Positions 25,047 through 37,430 of a stretch of 64,000 bases of DNA are shown here, piece by piece. Every line of letters starts with the position of its first letter. Position 1 is the first letter of the stretch. The stretch comes from Eledone cirrhosa. Its lineage: Eukaryota. A program made the translations under genes and the position numbers. The notes beneath the pieces are model-generated. The model saw only the letters and a list, made by a program, of their open reading frames with translations, was not told where the DNA came from and ran no database searches. Where the stretch lies: NCBI GenBank assembly GCA_964016885.1, contig OZ024743.1, positions 295,120,001 to 295,184,000 of the forward strand, read 5' to 3'.

Positions 25047-27667
25047 TTAAAATAACAGATTAAAGTTTAAGCAAAGAATCGCTGCTTTCACATTTAACGG
25101 GACCTTCTGAAACAAAAAAAGTCAATCTGTGAACGCAGAAGTAAATATTTCAAAAAACGTTGCAACCGAAGGAAGAGAGGAAGACGATACTTTGGAGACG
25201 TTCTCTGGCAATGAACGAAAAGTAGGAAGATAATACGTCATTATGTAAAACGGTGAGAACAATTACACGCAAAGAGAAGACCACGTAAATGGTATAACTG
25301 AAGTCGTAGACAGAATTCTATCAAGGAAACCGAATGATCTCGGCTTCAGAGTTAAGAATAAAGTAAATAAAATACAGAGTTAATCGAAATTAAATATATA
25401 CATACACGCATCCATATACGTACATACACAAGCATACGCGAAAACACTTACCATGGCTATAGAAATACAAGCACGTTCACTAGAAAAAAAAACCGCACGC
25501 CCATACAGAACCCGCGCAACGCCTATACCCGCACACATACGAACGTATACACCAAATACACATAATATATATATAAAATAAATATATATATATATATGTG
25601 CGTGTGTGCGCGTGTATACATATAATTAAAGGAACGTATATAAATAAATAAATACGTATATAACGAGCGCACAGACATAACTACATGTAAAAACACGTTT
25701 GTTCGCAGACGACGTCAACCAAAACACAAAGTACACAAATACACACACCCTACATACGTACAAACCCGCATATTCACACAGACGCAAAACTCACGTATAC
25801 ACATAACCAAATGCACATGTACCAGAATATATAATATATACGCCATAACATATACAAGCAAATATACGTACGATAAAGTATACGTACCTTCACAAAACAT
25901 ACAGGTAATATATACTTACCTATACAAATAAGTAATGTTATAAACATAACATATACTTAGCTACCACATGAAGACGTAAAATATCCGCGTATAGTTCGTA
26001 TTATCCGTTAGGCTATAATGTGGGGCTGTAACACAGGAAAGTTTTGTGCAATTTATGTTTACAAGCCGATTTTTTTTTTAAATGTGGTCTTTGGCGCAGA
26101 GTTTTTCCAGGGCCTCAGCTACGCAGAGGTCACATGGTCTTTTATTTCCGTTATACGATCTAACCTTAGCTAGGATCTCCTAGTGTGACTTATATTGGGT
26201 GTGGTTGTCTTTTAGACTCCAGATATAAGCTGAAAGGGACGTCATATTGCATCTTAAAGGGTTAAGAAAAGAATGGGTATGCATGTAAAGACGCTGCTTG
26301 AATCTATTGGCGGTTAACTCTATGTAAGCCTTACGGGACGTGGGTGTTTCAACCTTACATTTATAGACAATGTTACTAGAGGGACATTTCCCGGATAGGG
26401 GGCAGTCAACCCGGTTCCTACAATTACAGTTAGTACTAGCTACAGGGTTGCACGTGTTCCTACGGCTATGTAATTTAGCTAAATTTGAAGCTGGGATGTT
26501 ATGTGCAAGGTTAGGAGTTGTAGAGTAAGAAATTTTAATGGTATTTCTATTAAAAATGTTACTATATTTATGTGCTGGAAGGAAATGCTTCATAATAAGG
26601 GAGAGAAAGATCTTAGCTAATGGTGTGGCCACCTCCATATTATATGATGGGTTATATCATATAATGCGGCGGCATCTATATTTCCTAGGTCTATTCTCGT
26701 ACTCTGTATAGGCTACCTTATTGACAAATCCACTCCGGGCAAGAGCTTCATTGTAATATGTGGAAAGGTCGTTGAAAATAAGCTCATTTGTAGATAGACG
26801 GGAAAGCCTCGAAGAAACGTTTCTTACCAGGTTCTTGGTTATGCTGGCAGGATGGTTAGAATGATTACTTATGTAATTAAGCGTACCATTCGCCTTTCTC
26901 TACGAGTAGTGAAAGCCATTCGACAGATTGAGGCTAACGTCGAGGTAATTAACGACCGGAGGTTAGCCTCAACCTGTATGGAGTGGTTGAAGCCTTTAAA
27001 GAAGGCTGTGAGTTTTTTTCGGAACCTATCGCAAGCACGTGGGTCGCACTTTGTCATGGTCAAAAGACCATCATCACGGTTCAAACCACCGCTCACGTTG
27101 GGGAGTTCTTCCTTGATAGAGAACAGAAGGAAAATGCCGATAAGATAAGTAACCTCCGCAGTGGATGCGTGTATGTATATATTTAATTTCGATAACGTCT
27201 GTATTTTATTTACTTTATTCTTAACTCTGAAGCCGAAAATCATTCGGTTTCCTAGATAGAATTTTAGTCTACGACTCCAGTTATACCATTTACGTGGTTT
27301 CGTCTTTGCGTGTAATTGTTCTCACCGCTCCACATAATGACATATTATCTTCGTTTTTCCGTTCATTGCCAGAGAACGTCTCCATGAACCACTAATAGAA
27401 TATTAGTCTACGACTTTGTTTATACCATAAACGTGGTTTTGTCTTTGCGCGTAATTGTTTTCACCACTGTAAATAATGACGTATTATCTTCGTTTTTTGT
27501 CGTTCTTTGCTTCGAACCAATGTATCATCTTCCTGTCTTTCTTCGGTTGCAACGTTTTTTGAAATATCCACTTCTGCATTCACAGATTGACTTTTCTAGT
27601 TTCAGAAGATCCCGTTAAGGGTAAAAGCAGCGATTATTTGCTTAAAATTTAATCTGTTATTTTAATA
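25047..27667 (-). mobile_element. 5'-truncated PLE (family P2) with an inverted pseudo-LTR arm
   Basis: RT (GLNRDDGL, from YRDD), CNC-x5-C-x5-C linker and GIY-YIG on the minus strand, about 27160 to 26005. 25047-25413 is inverted at 27162-27667. Confidence 0.92.
26005..27160 (-). pseudogene. PLE RT C-half + Cys-rich linker + GIY-YIG endonuclease (disrupted)
   Basis: AEVTYLIG..GLNRDDGL; IFNRNTIKISYS; CNCRNRVDCPLSGKC; IVY..AYI(E)LT..FKQRL..H..SF..TSLSAYIW.LK. Confidence 0.9.
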
Positions 27668-27752
27668 AATATTTGCACTACGGTTCTTATATATTTGATA
27701 TATATTTATACTTATCGAGCACTCTTTGGATTTTAGTCTTCAAATTTATTAT

Positions 27753-28110
<358 letters not shown>

Positions 28111-28322
28111 TCAGACACACACACAAACACACACACACACACACATATATGTATATATATATAAAATGTTTTGCCATTGGTCAATCAATGATAAACATTG
28201 ATTAACAGATAAATTAACTACGGAGATAAAAAAGATACAGAAGCGAAAATCAAACCGAACCGAACTGTGTGTTCTGTTATTATTTATGGCAGCATTATAA
28301 AAATATGACGCTCCCCAAGTAT

Positions 28323-29098
<776 letters not shown>

Positions 29099-29101
29099 TT
29101 A

Positions 29102-30534
29102 ATATCCGGGAAATGCCTCTCTAGTAACATTGTCTACAAATCTAAGGTTGTAACACTCACGTCCAGTAGGGCCTACATAGGGTTAACCGCCAATAGATTC
29201 AAGCAGCGTCTTTACACGCATACCCATTCTTTTGGTTACCCTCTAAGAAGGAATATGGCGTCACTTTCAGCTTATATCTTGAGTCTAAAAGACAACCACA
29301 CCCAATATAAGTTACACTGGGAGATCCTAGCTAGGGCTAGATCGTATAACGGAAATAAAAGACCTTGTGACCTCTGCGCCGCTGAGGCCCTGGAAATACT
29401 CTACGCCACAGACCACATCTTAAACAAAAAATCTGAGGCAATTTCGGCTTGTAAACATAAATTGCACAAAACTTTCCTGTATTACAGCCCCACGTTATAC
29501 CCTAATGGATAGTACGATCTATACGTGGATATTTTACGTCTTGATGTGGGAGCTAAGTATATGTTTTGTTTATACCATTACTTATTTGCATAGGTAAGTA
29601 TATTTACCCGTATGTTTCGTGAAGGTACGTATACCTTCTCGTATGTATATTTGATTGTTTATGTTATGGCGTATAGACTTTTTTTATATTTTTTTTATTC
29701 TGGTACATATGGTTTGGCTATGTGTATACGGGAGTTTGCGTCTGTGTGAGTATGCAGGTTCGTACGTATGTAGGGTGTGTGTATATGTGTACTTCATGTT
29801 TTGGTTGACTTTCGTCTCCGAAAATTCGTGTATTTACATGTAGGTATGTGTGTGCGCTTGTTATTTACGTATTTATTTATTTATATACGTTTATATAATT
29901 ATTTATTTATTTATTTGTATACACGCATACACACACACACACATTTATATGTGTGTGGTTTTGTATTTCTATGGTAAGTGTTTTGCGTATGCTTGTGTAT
30001 GTACGTATTTGTTTGCGTGTATGTATTTATTTATTTCTGTTACTTCTGTATTGTATTTATTTACTTTGTTCTTAACTCTGTAGCGGAGATTCATTCGGCC
30101 TCCTAGTTAGAATTTTAGTCTACGACTTCTGCTATACCATTTACGTGGTTTTGTCTTTGCGTGCTATTGTTCTCCACGCTCCACATATGACGTATTATCT
30201 TCGTTTTTTTTCGTTCATTGCCAGAGAACGTCTCTATGAACCACCTAAGAGAACATTAGTCTACGACCTCTTTTATACCATAAACGTGGTTCTGTCTTTG
30301 CGCGTAATTGTTTTTCACGGCTCCTATTAATGACGTATCTTATTCGTTTTTTCCCGTTCTTTGCCAGCGAACGTTTCCACGAACCAAAGTATCGTCTTCC
30401 TGTCTTCCTCCGGTCGAAACGTTTTTTGAAATATCCACTTCTGCGTTTACAGATTGACTTTGTTAGTTTCAGAAGATCCCGTTAAGGGTGAAAGCAGCGA
30501 TTCTTTGCTTAAACGTTAATCTGTTATTTTATAA

Positions 30535-30535
<1 letters not shown>
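29102..30535 (+). mobile_element. 5'-truncated PLE, family P2 (GIY-YIG 29102-29512 plus 3' pseudo-LTR), between (TA)n tracts
   Basis: [38 protein letters not shown]...CKH. Colinear with the reverse complement of 25047-26395. Confidence 0.92.
30449..30524 (+). ncRNA. Hammerhead-like fold with a non-canonical CAGAAGA core (family P2; copies 25055-25130(-) and 27582-27656(+))
   Basis: Stem I GTTT/AAAC plus distal ACAGATTGA/TTAATCTGT; CAGAAGA 30470-30476; CCC/GGG stem II; GAAA; GCA/TGC stem III; CTT triplet. Confidence 0.65.
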
Positions 30536-30633
<98 letters not shown>

Positions 30634-30673
30634 TAACAACAAAGAGCGCTTAGAACATAGGTATATCTTTAAT

Positions 30674-30719
30674 TGCTAACAGTGTTTCGTCCACACTAGA
30701 AGTGGGACTCATCAGAGCA
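30674..30719 (-). ncRNA. Minimal type-I hammerhead motif with canonical core (partner at 32987-33032(+) has CTGATAA)
   Basis: Minus strand reads TGCT-CTGATGA-GTCCCAC-TTCTA-GTG(T)GGAC-GAAAC-ACT-GTT-AGCA. Confidence 0.82.
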
Positions 30720-31626
30720 TAAAGAGTAAATATATAGTATACAAGCATTGACAAAGCCAAAGCAGAAGAATATATGTGGGGATACCATAAGTTGGGAGGA
30801 GTTTAAAGAGTAAAGTAAAAGGAGTAAAATAAGAAAAGAGTAAAATAAAAATAAAAATAAAAATAAAAATAAAAATAAAAATAAAAATAAAAATAAAAAT
30901 GAAAAATAAGAAATGTTATCACTCACAGTTGGGCAGGGTTCCGTTAACATACAGCTACATACAAGTATACACATAAGCATGAGCACCCGCATGCACCTAC
31001 ACACAAGCATATTAATCGTGATTACTCTGGCTAATTTACTGTGAAACTACAATATCTGCGACCAGTGAGAGCAACTGTTATGGGTTTTTGACTTTTGTTA
31101 GCTGGGTAAGATATTTTGTGTAATATATCCGCGTAGATTTGGGTGTCCGGTGCGGTGTGTGTGTGTGTGTGTGTATGTATATATTTATGTGTATATACGT
31201 GTATGTGTATATATATATATATATATATATACTGTCTCTGTATATATGTGTATGTATACTGTCTCTGTATATACATGTTTGTGTGTATGTATAAGTATAC
31301 ATATACTGTCTCTGGACTAACCCTAATGTTGCGTACATTCTTGCGATGCCGGATTGTTGCTCAATGTTGTGATTTTGTGGTTATCGCTTTGGAAGCTACT
31401 TGTTATGAGTTTTTCTTATATTAAATGGTATGCATAATAACCTGCTTCACCTGACTGTGTTTTACCACCTGCACTTACCTGCTTCTGCTCACTAATATGC
31501 GCCTCAGTTATTTGCCTCTTTATGTTCGTCCTGCTGTATATGAATTTGCCTGCAACCTTCCCAGCATATGCTCCTGCTTGTGATACGGATACACCTTGTT
31601 AACCAATTAATTCTTGCCTGAGTGCG

Positions 31627-31748
31627 CAACTCTATGAATGCACATCTGTGTATTGAACTTTGGAGTGTGAACTTTTGGGGATTGCCCAACCGCTCAACTC
31701 TATGAATGCACACCTGTGGATTGAACTTTGGAGTGTGAACTTTTGGGA
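31627..31748. repeat. Two-copy tandem duplication (about 55-bp core, 68-bp period)
   Basis: CAACTCTATGAATGCACA.CTGTG.ATTGAACTTTGGAGTGTGAACTTTTGGG occurs twice. Confidence 0.85.
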
Positions 31749-32050
31749 CTGTCCAACCTGGGATGTTTCCATTGCATTGTAATGGTCCACTCAATCTAGT
31801 GCGGACATAGCATCTGTTCATAAAAAATCTCATTCGAACACTCTATTGTTGAACTGCGGCTAACTGCAACACCTAAGGCGTTCGTGTGCTCCTGATATAT
31901 TCCATATATCACCATGAGTCAACACTAGTGTCACCTTAGGATTTCTATAATAATATTATTATTACATGCCCTAATTATTACCATCTTGATTACCCTTATT
32001 ACATCTTTTTACCCCCAGTTACATTTTTATAAATATGCATTACTTGGACT

Positions 32051-32093
<43 letters not shown>

Positions 32094-32334
32094 TTGTATA
32101 TACGTCTCTTGTATATATATTTTTTATATATATTTTTGAATATATTTTTGTATATTTTATATGTTGTACGTATATCACTTGTTGAACATAGCTTGATAGC
32201 TTATGCATTTGCCAGTCTTATCTTTACCCACACCTTCCTTTATGGTGTATATTTTACTCCATTTTTTTTTTGGTGTATTGTTTTATTTATCTTCTGGTGT
32301 ATATTTTACTTTACTTTATTTTATTTTATTTTTT

Positions 32335-32600
32335 ATTTTTTATCTTTTATCTATTTTTTATCTATTTTTTATCTATTTCTTATCTATTTTTTATCTATTT
32401 TTTTATCTATTTTGTTATGTATTTTTATCTATTTTTTATCTATTTTTTTATCTATTATTAATCTATTTTTTATCTATTTTTTATCTATTTTTTATCTATT
32501 TTTATCTACTTTTTTATCTATTTTTTTATCTATTTTTTTATCTATTTTATCTATTTTTTATCTATTTTTTATCTACCTCTTATCTATTTTTTATCTATCT
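32335..32600. repeat. (TCTATTTTTTA)n minisatellite; (ATTTTT)n at 32785-32865, mirrored at 30841-30900
   Basis: Direct reading. Confidence 0.9.
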
Positions 32601-33162
32601 CTATCTCTTAACTTGTGCCCATCCGTCTATGATATGTTATTTGTATTAGTGTATACTGTATGTGTTGCATATGGGTGCTTGTGTGTAGGTGCATGCGGGT
32701 GCTCATGCTTATGTGTATACTTGTATGTAGCTGTATGTTAACGGAGCCCTGCCCAACTGTGAGTGATAACATTTCTTATTTTTCATTTTTATTTTTATTT
32801 TTATTTTTATTTTTATTTTTATTTTTATTTTTATTTTTATTTTTATTTTTATTTTTATTTTTATTTTACTCTTTTCTTATTTTACTCCTTTTACTTTACT
32901 CTTTAAACTCCCAACTTATGGTATCCCCACATATATTCTTCTGTTTTGGCTTTGTCAATGCTTGTATACTATGTATTTACTCCTTATGCTCTGATAAGTC
33001 CCACTTCTAGTGTGGACGAAACACTGTTAGCAATTAAAGATATACCTATGTTCTAAGCGCTCTTTGTTGTTAATTGTATTACGGCTCTGTCCTCTGACAT
33101 TGAGCTAAACATATACTGCCTATTTGATAAGTGGAGTATTACACACTCCCAATTCTCTCCCT

Positions 33163-33243
<81 letters not shown>

Positions 33244-33378
33244 GGAAACAATGAAACGAAATTTCATTTCCCACTCTTATATATATATATATACATAAAT
33301 ATATATATATGGGGAGGAGAGAGAGAGAGGGAGAGAAACAGAAAGAGAGCGAGATAGGGGTAGATAGACAGATACAGA

Positions 33379-33927
33379 TACCCTGAGTTCTTAACTGAAT
33401 ATATATTTGTCGGCCCCATCATGTAGGGCTAATTTTTATTGTCCTGTCAGTCAGGCTGCTATTTTTAGCGGCAGGGAATTGCGAGACAAGCTGGATTCCG
33501 AATGGCACGTGCGATAATTCATATCGTACACAATTCATTCTCTAATATTTTTAGAAATGAAAGGATCACTAATTTCTCAACAACTACTGATGAACAGAGA
33601 AACGTGAGAACTTCACTTAATCAGTTGTTGCGGAACAGTCTCCAACACTGTCTAGTTGTTACGAGGCATTTTTTCCCAATATAGGTCTGTTATTTTTCTT
33701 TATTTTTCTTAATTTAATATTTAAAGTTAAGGATAACAAACTATATTGCTGTAGTTAGTTTATTTTCACCCTAGCAAATTTTGGTCCTTACGATTCGAAC
33801 ACATGTATGTTTATATTAGTGTTCATCTCTCTTGTTTATTCAATTATATTGTACTGCTCGGAAAAGCTTTTTTCTTAGAGCTATTTAATTGTAAGGGACT
33901 ACCCTGAGTTCTTAACTCAATATATAT
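33379..33927 (+). mobile_element. Second copy of family P5, bounded by a 28-bp direct repeat of its own 3' end
   Basis: TACCCTGAGTTCTTAACT(G/C)AATATATAT at 33379 and 33900. Homologous to 10780-11205. Confidence 0.65.
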
Positions 33928-34189
33928 AGATATAGATTAACTCTATATATGATATAGATATATATGCATTTATAGATAGTTATATATGAAGAAGGAAAAT
34001 GTGGATAGAGGAGCGTGCGAGTAATCATACCAGGCATTTATTGATGAGTTTCGAGTTCTTTAATCTTCAGCTCAATGGGTCACTGGTAAACAAATACCAC
34101 CATTTTAAACATATGAGTATGACCATCCCATTCATTAAAGAGATAAAGAAATTCTCAGATTCTGTGCTGGATGATTGTGTTAAGAGAGG

Positions 34190-34558
34190 TCCAAGCTCTC
34201 AACTGGTCATCATCTTCAACTTGAGACTATTAAAGCCAAGAAGGCCCATAAAACAAGCAGGTCCTGATCAACTTACAGGATGGCCTGCGGAGCGCTGACG
34301 GATGAAGAAGATATGGTCAAGTATGCGGATACTATTACATCCATATTCAGGGAAATCTCTCAACAAACTGATGTCGTTGGAATGGAGTGGAGAATGTTTA
34401 GTTCAGCAATTTCTGTTTCAGGATTTACGTGGTCCATTAGGAGGACGAATTTGGCTCTTGAAGTTTGGGCTGAAAGATAAGTTTATGCATCAAACAAGGA
34501 GTCCAAACACAGATCCTTCTTTGATGAAGTCACTGCAGCGTTGGATGTAGTGAAGATT
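34190..34558 (+). pseudogene. Scrambled RTE LINE fragments
   Basis: DVVGMEWRMFSSAI (post-APE linker-like) precedes an APE segment that matches 20752-20821. Confidence 0.5.
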
Positions 34559-34683
34559 ATGTAAAGTCTCACACACGACACCAATCTGTTTCGGCTTGCG
34601 TGTTCAGCACTATACATCTCCTCGTGTATCGAGTACTCACATAATTAATGGTGTCCTCGGTGTGAGCACCACAGACTCTGTTT

Positions 34684-34792
<109 letters not shown>

Positions 34793-34844
34793 TTCTAAAG
34801 AATGAAACAGTTCTAGTCCTGTAGAATCTGATCTATATTAAAAT

Positions 34845-34897
<53 letters not shown>

Positions 34898-35320
34898 CAA
34901 AGATGAAATCGAAAATGCAACTGGAGTCTTAATTTAAAAATAATATATATATTTATTTGGTTCCTTTACCGGTTTCGCAGTTCTTCTGCTTTTCAAAAGT
35001 AGAGTTGAGATGGAGGGTCTGTGGTTTTTCTCACATTTGCTTGGTCTTAGAATGTTACTTGTTTTATATGGAAAAAAGTAGCTCGAAACGCCAGGTTTTT
35101 AGAGAAGTAATTTGATTGGTTGGTCAATAAGTATAATAAATTTCTAGCCAGTTCGCGTTACAAAGTTCTTCAAACAAGGGGGGGGGATCTCAGGTTGTTT
35201 TTTAATACGTGAGTGAAGTTTGGTTGGTTGATGCAGTCACGTGAATAATCACATCAGCTTCCGCGCCTGTTTGTTTGAATTTCTTTTTACTTAAAAAAGG
35301 GGCTCACGAAGGCTTTTTTT

Positions 35321-35622
35321 TAATAAGGCCTCAGTGATAAAGCTTTTTTCTATTCTGCCAGGTATCTCATTGGGATATTTCTCTAGCCAGAATCCTATTG
35401 CTCCTATTCCGTATTGGTGTGGGGTCGTTTTGTAGAGATTCACTACATCGAAATACACAATAATAGTGTCGTTGTTGACATGTTTGGGGAGGTGGTTTAA
35501 GAGGTCCAGATAGTCTCTTACAAGGCTTGGTATGTGTTTGAGAATTGGTTTTAGTAGTATGTCCATAAAGTTGCTCAGTCTGAGTGTTTCACATTGTGGG
35601 CCCGCTACAATTGGTCTTAATT
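35321..35622 (-). pseudogene. PLE reverse transcriptase N-terminal fragment
   Basis: LRPIVAGPQCETLRLSNFMDILLKP..HIPS.VRD.LD.L..IVYFDVVNLY..PH matches PLE RT motifs 2-3. Confidence 0.85.
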
Positions 35623-36781
35623 AAAGGTATGTTGGGTATTGTGTGTTCAATACAATACAATAGAACAAATACGTATAAATAAGGAAAATATGTTATTTCA
35701 AAAATATTTCTACTAACGGAATCATTTTCCTACATACACACACACACACACAATATATATTCTCTTCATCTTAACATGCTAACCATAGCCCCACACACAC
35801 ACATAACACCCCCCTCCCCTCCACACACACACACATAACTACCTCCCCCGTTTCTACTAATAGAATCTCTTTCCTACAAACATACACGCCCAAAAAATAT
35901 ATATATTCTCTCCATATTAACATACTCCCACACATACACACAAACACATAACACCCATATACACACACACACAACTCCCTCCCCCATTTTTACTAATAGA
36001 ATCATCTTCCTATACACACACACAGACACAGACACACACAAGCACACAAATAAAGATACATATCTCTATTTTCTTTATTTCAATAGAAAGTCTGAATTCT
36101 GACCAGAACAATTCTCCCATCCCATTTCTCTTGTACATTATCTTTTGCTTGTCTTAAAATTCTCTAAATAAAAAAGCCTTCGTGAGCCACTTTTTTTAAA
36201 GTAAAAAGAAATTCAAACAAACTGTCGCGAAAGCTGATCTGCTTATTCACATGACTTCACTCATATATGAAAAAACAACCAGCCCATATTCACTGAACTA
36301 GAACAATTCTCCCCATCCCATTTCTCTTGACCATTATCTTTTGTTTGTCATAAAATTCTCTAAAAGGCTACAAAATATATTCCCAAATACGGGCGCAAAA
36401 TTTAATTAACTTGTTCACGTGACAGCCATAATTTCATTTATAACCAATCAAATTACATTTATAAAAAAAAAAGCCTTCGTGAGCCCCGTTTTTTAAGTAA
36501 AAAGAAATTCGAACAAACTGGCGCGAAAGCGGATGTGCTTATTCACGTGGCTGCATCAACCAACCAAACTTCACTCCTATATGAAAAAACAACCTGAGAC
36601 CCTTGTTTGAAGAACTTTGTAACGCGAACTGGCGTGAAATTTATTATACTTATTGACCAACCAATCAAATTACTTCTCTAAAAACCTGGCGTTTCGAGCC
36701 ACTTTTTTTCCATATAAAACAAGTAACATTCTAAGACCAAGCAGATGTGAGAAAAACCACAGACCCTCCATCTCAACTCTA

Positions 36782-36817
36782 CTTTTGAAAAGCAGAAGAA
36801 CTGCGAAACCGGTAAAG
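36782..36817 (+). ncRNA. Minimal type-I hammerhead motif with a U3-A8 core (copy at 34964-34999(-))
   Basis: CTT-TTGAAAA-GCAG-AAGAA-CTGC-GAAAC-CG-GTA-AAG; palindromic ACCGGT stem III; AATAAA near 36824. Confidence 0.75.
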
Positions 36818-37272
36818 GAACCAAATAAATATATATATTTTAAAAAAAATAAGACTCCAGTTGCATTTTCGATTTCATCTTTTTATATTTATACTTTCAC
36901 TCGTGTAGGACACCTCGGTTATTTTTCATTTTGTAAAAAACCTCACTTTCTAATATATATATATATACATATTGGTCCGTTCGTGTTCCTTAATAGGTAA
37001 TTGTTCCTCTGTTGAGACGTAGTATACTTTCTAGACTGGTGTAATCCCCAGGTATATCTACAACGGATGCTTTGTGAAATAATGAAGAATAATTCAGTAT
37101 TCTGGAATCTTGGCTTTGCATGTTTCCCTACTTATTGGATATTCATCAGGTGATCATTACCTTGGATCTTACACCACAGAAAGAAACGTATAAACTATTT
37201 CTGCTTATTTCAAACAGAAACCAGAACATAGTTGAAAACCCGATTAAATTCGCATAACGTACACTTGTTGTT

Positions 37273-37430
37273 GGGGATTGGCAGTATCGGTAGAGAATCG
37301 GACGCCATATTTTGCAGGATAGAGTTACAGCCCTTGCAATCTGAGTTCAAATCCCGCCGAACTTTGCCTTTCATCCTTAGCACCAATAATACACTGGGGT
37401 GATTGCTGGCATTGTGCTAAAAGTAGAAAC
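37273..37430 (+). mobile_element. Octopus-type SINE, internally deleted
   Basis: GGATTGGCAGTATCGGTAGAG..TCGGACGCCAT...CTGAGTTCAAATCCCGCCGA...AAAAGTAGAAACAA, closely matching 42039-42227. Confidence 0.85.

Larger units (their letters stand above)
30627..33160 (+). mobile_element. Non-coding PLE-like element (family P6) with about 390-bp inverted arms carrying HHRs
   Basis: 30627-31010 is the reverse complement of about 32675-33078. HHR in both arms. (TA)n on both sides. No RT/EN recognised inside. Confidence 0.75.
34891..36890. mobile_element. PLE (family P7): inverted arms 34891-35320 and 36463-36890 plus a minus-strand RT fragment
   Basis: The arms are reverse complements. Internal tandem duplications at 36105-36595. 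HHR variant and AATAAA in both arms. Confidence 0.85.
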
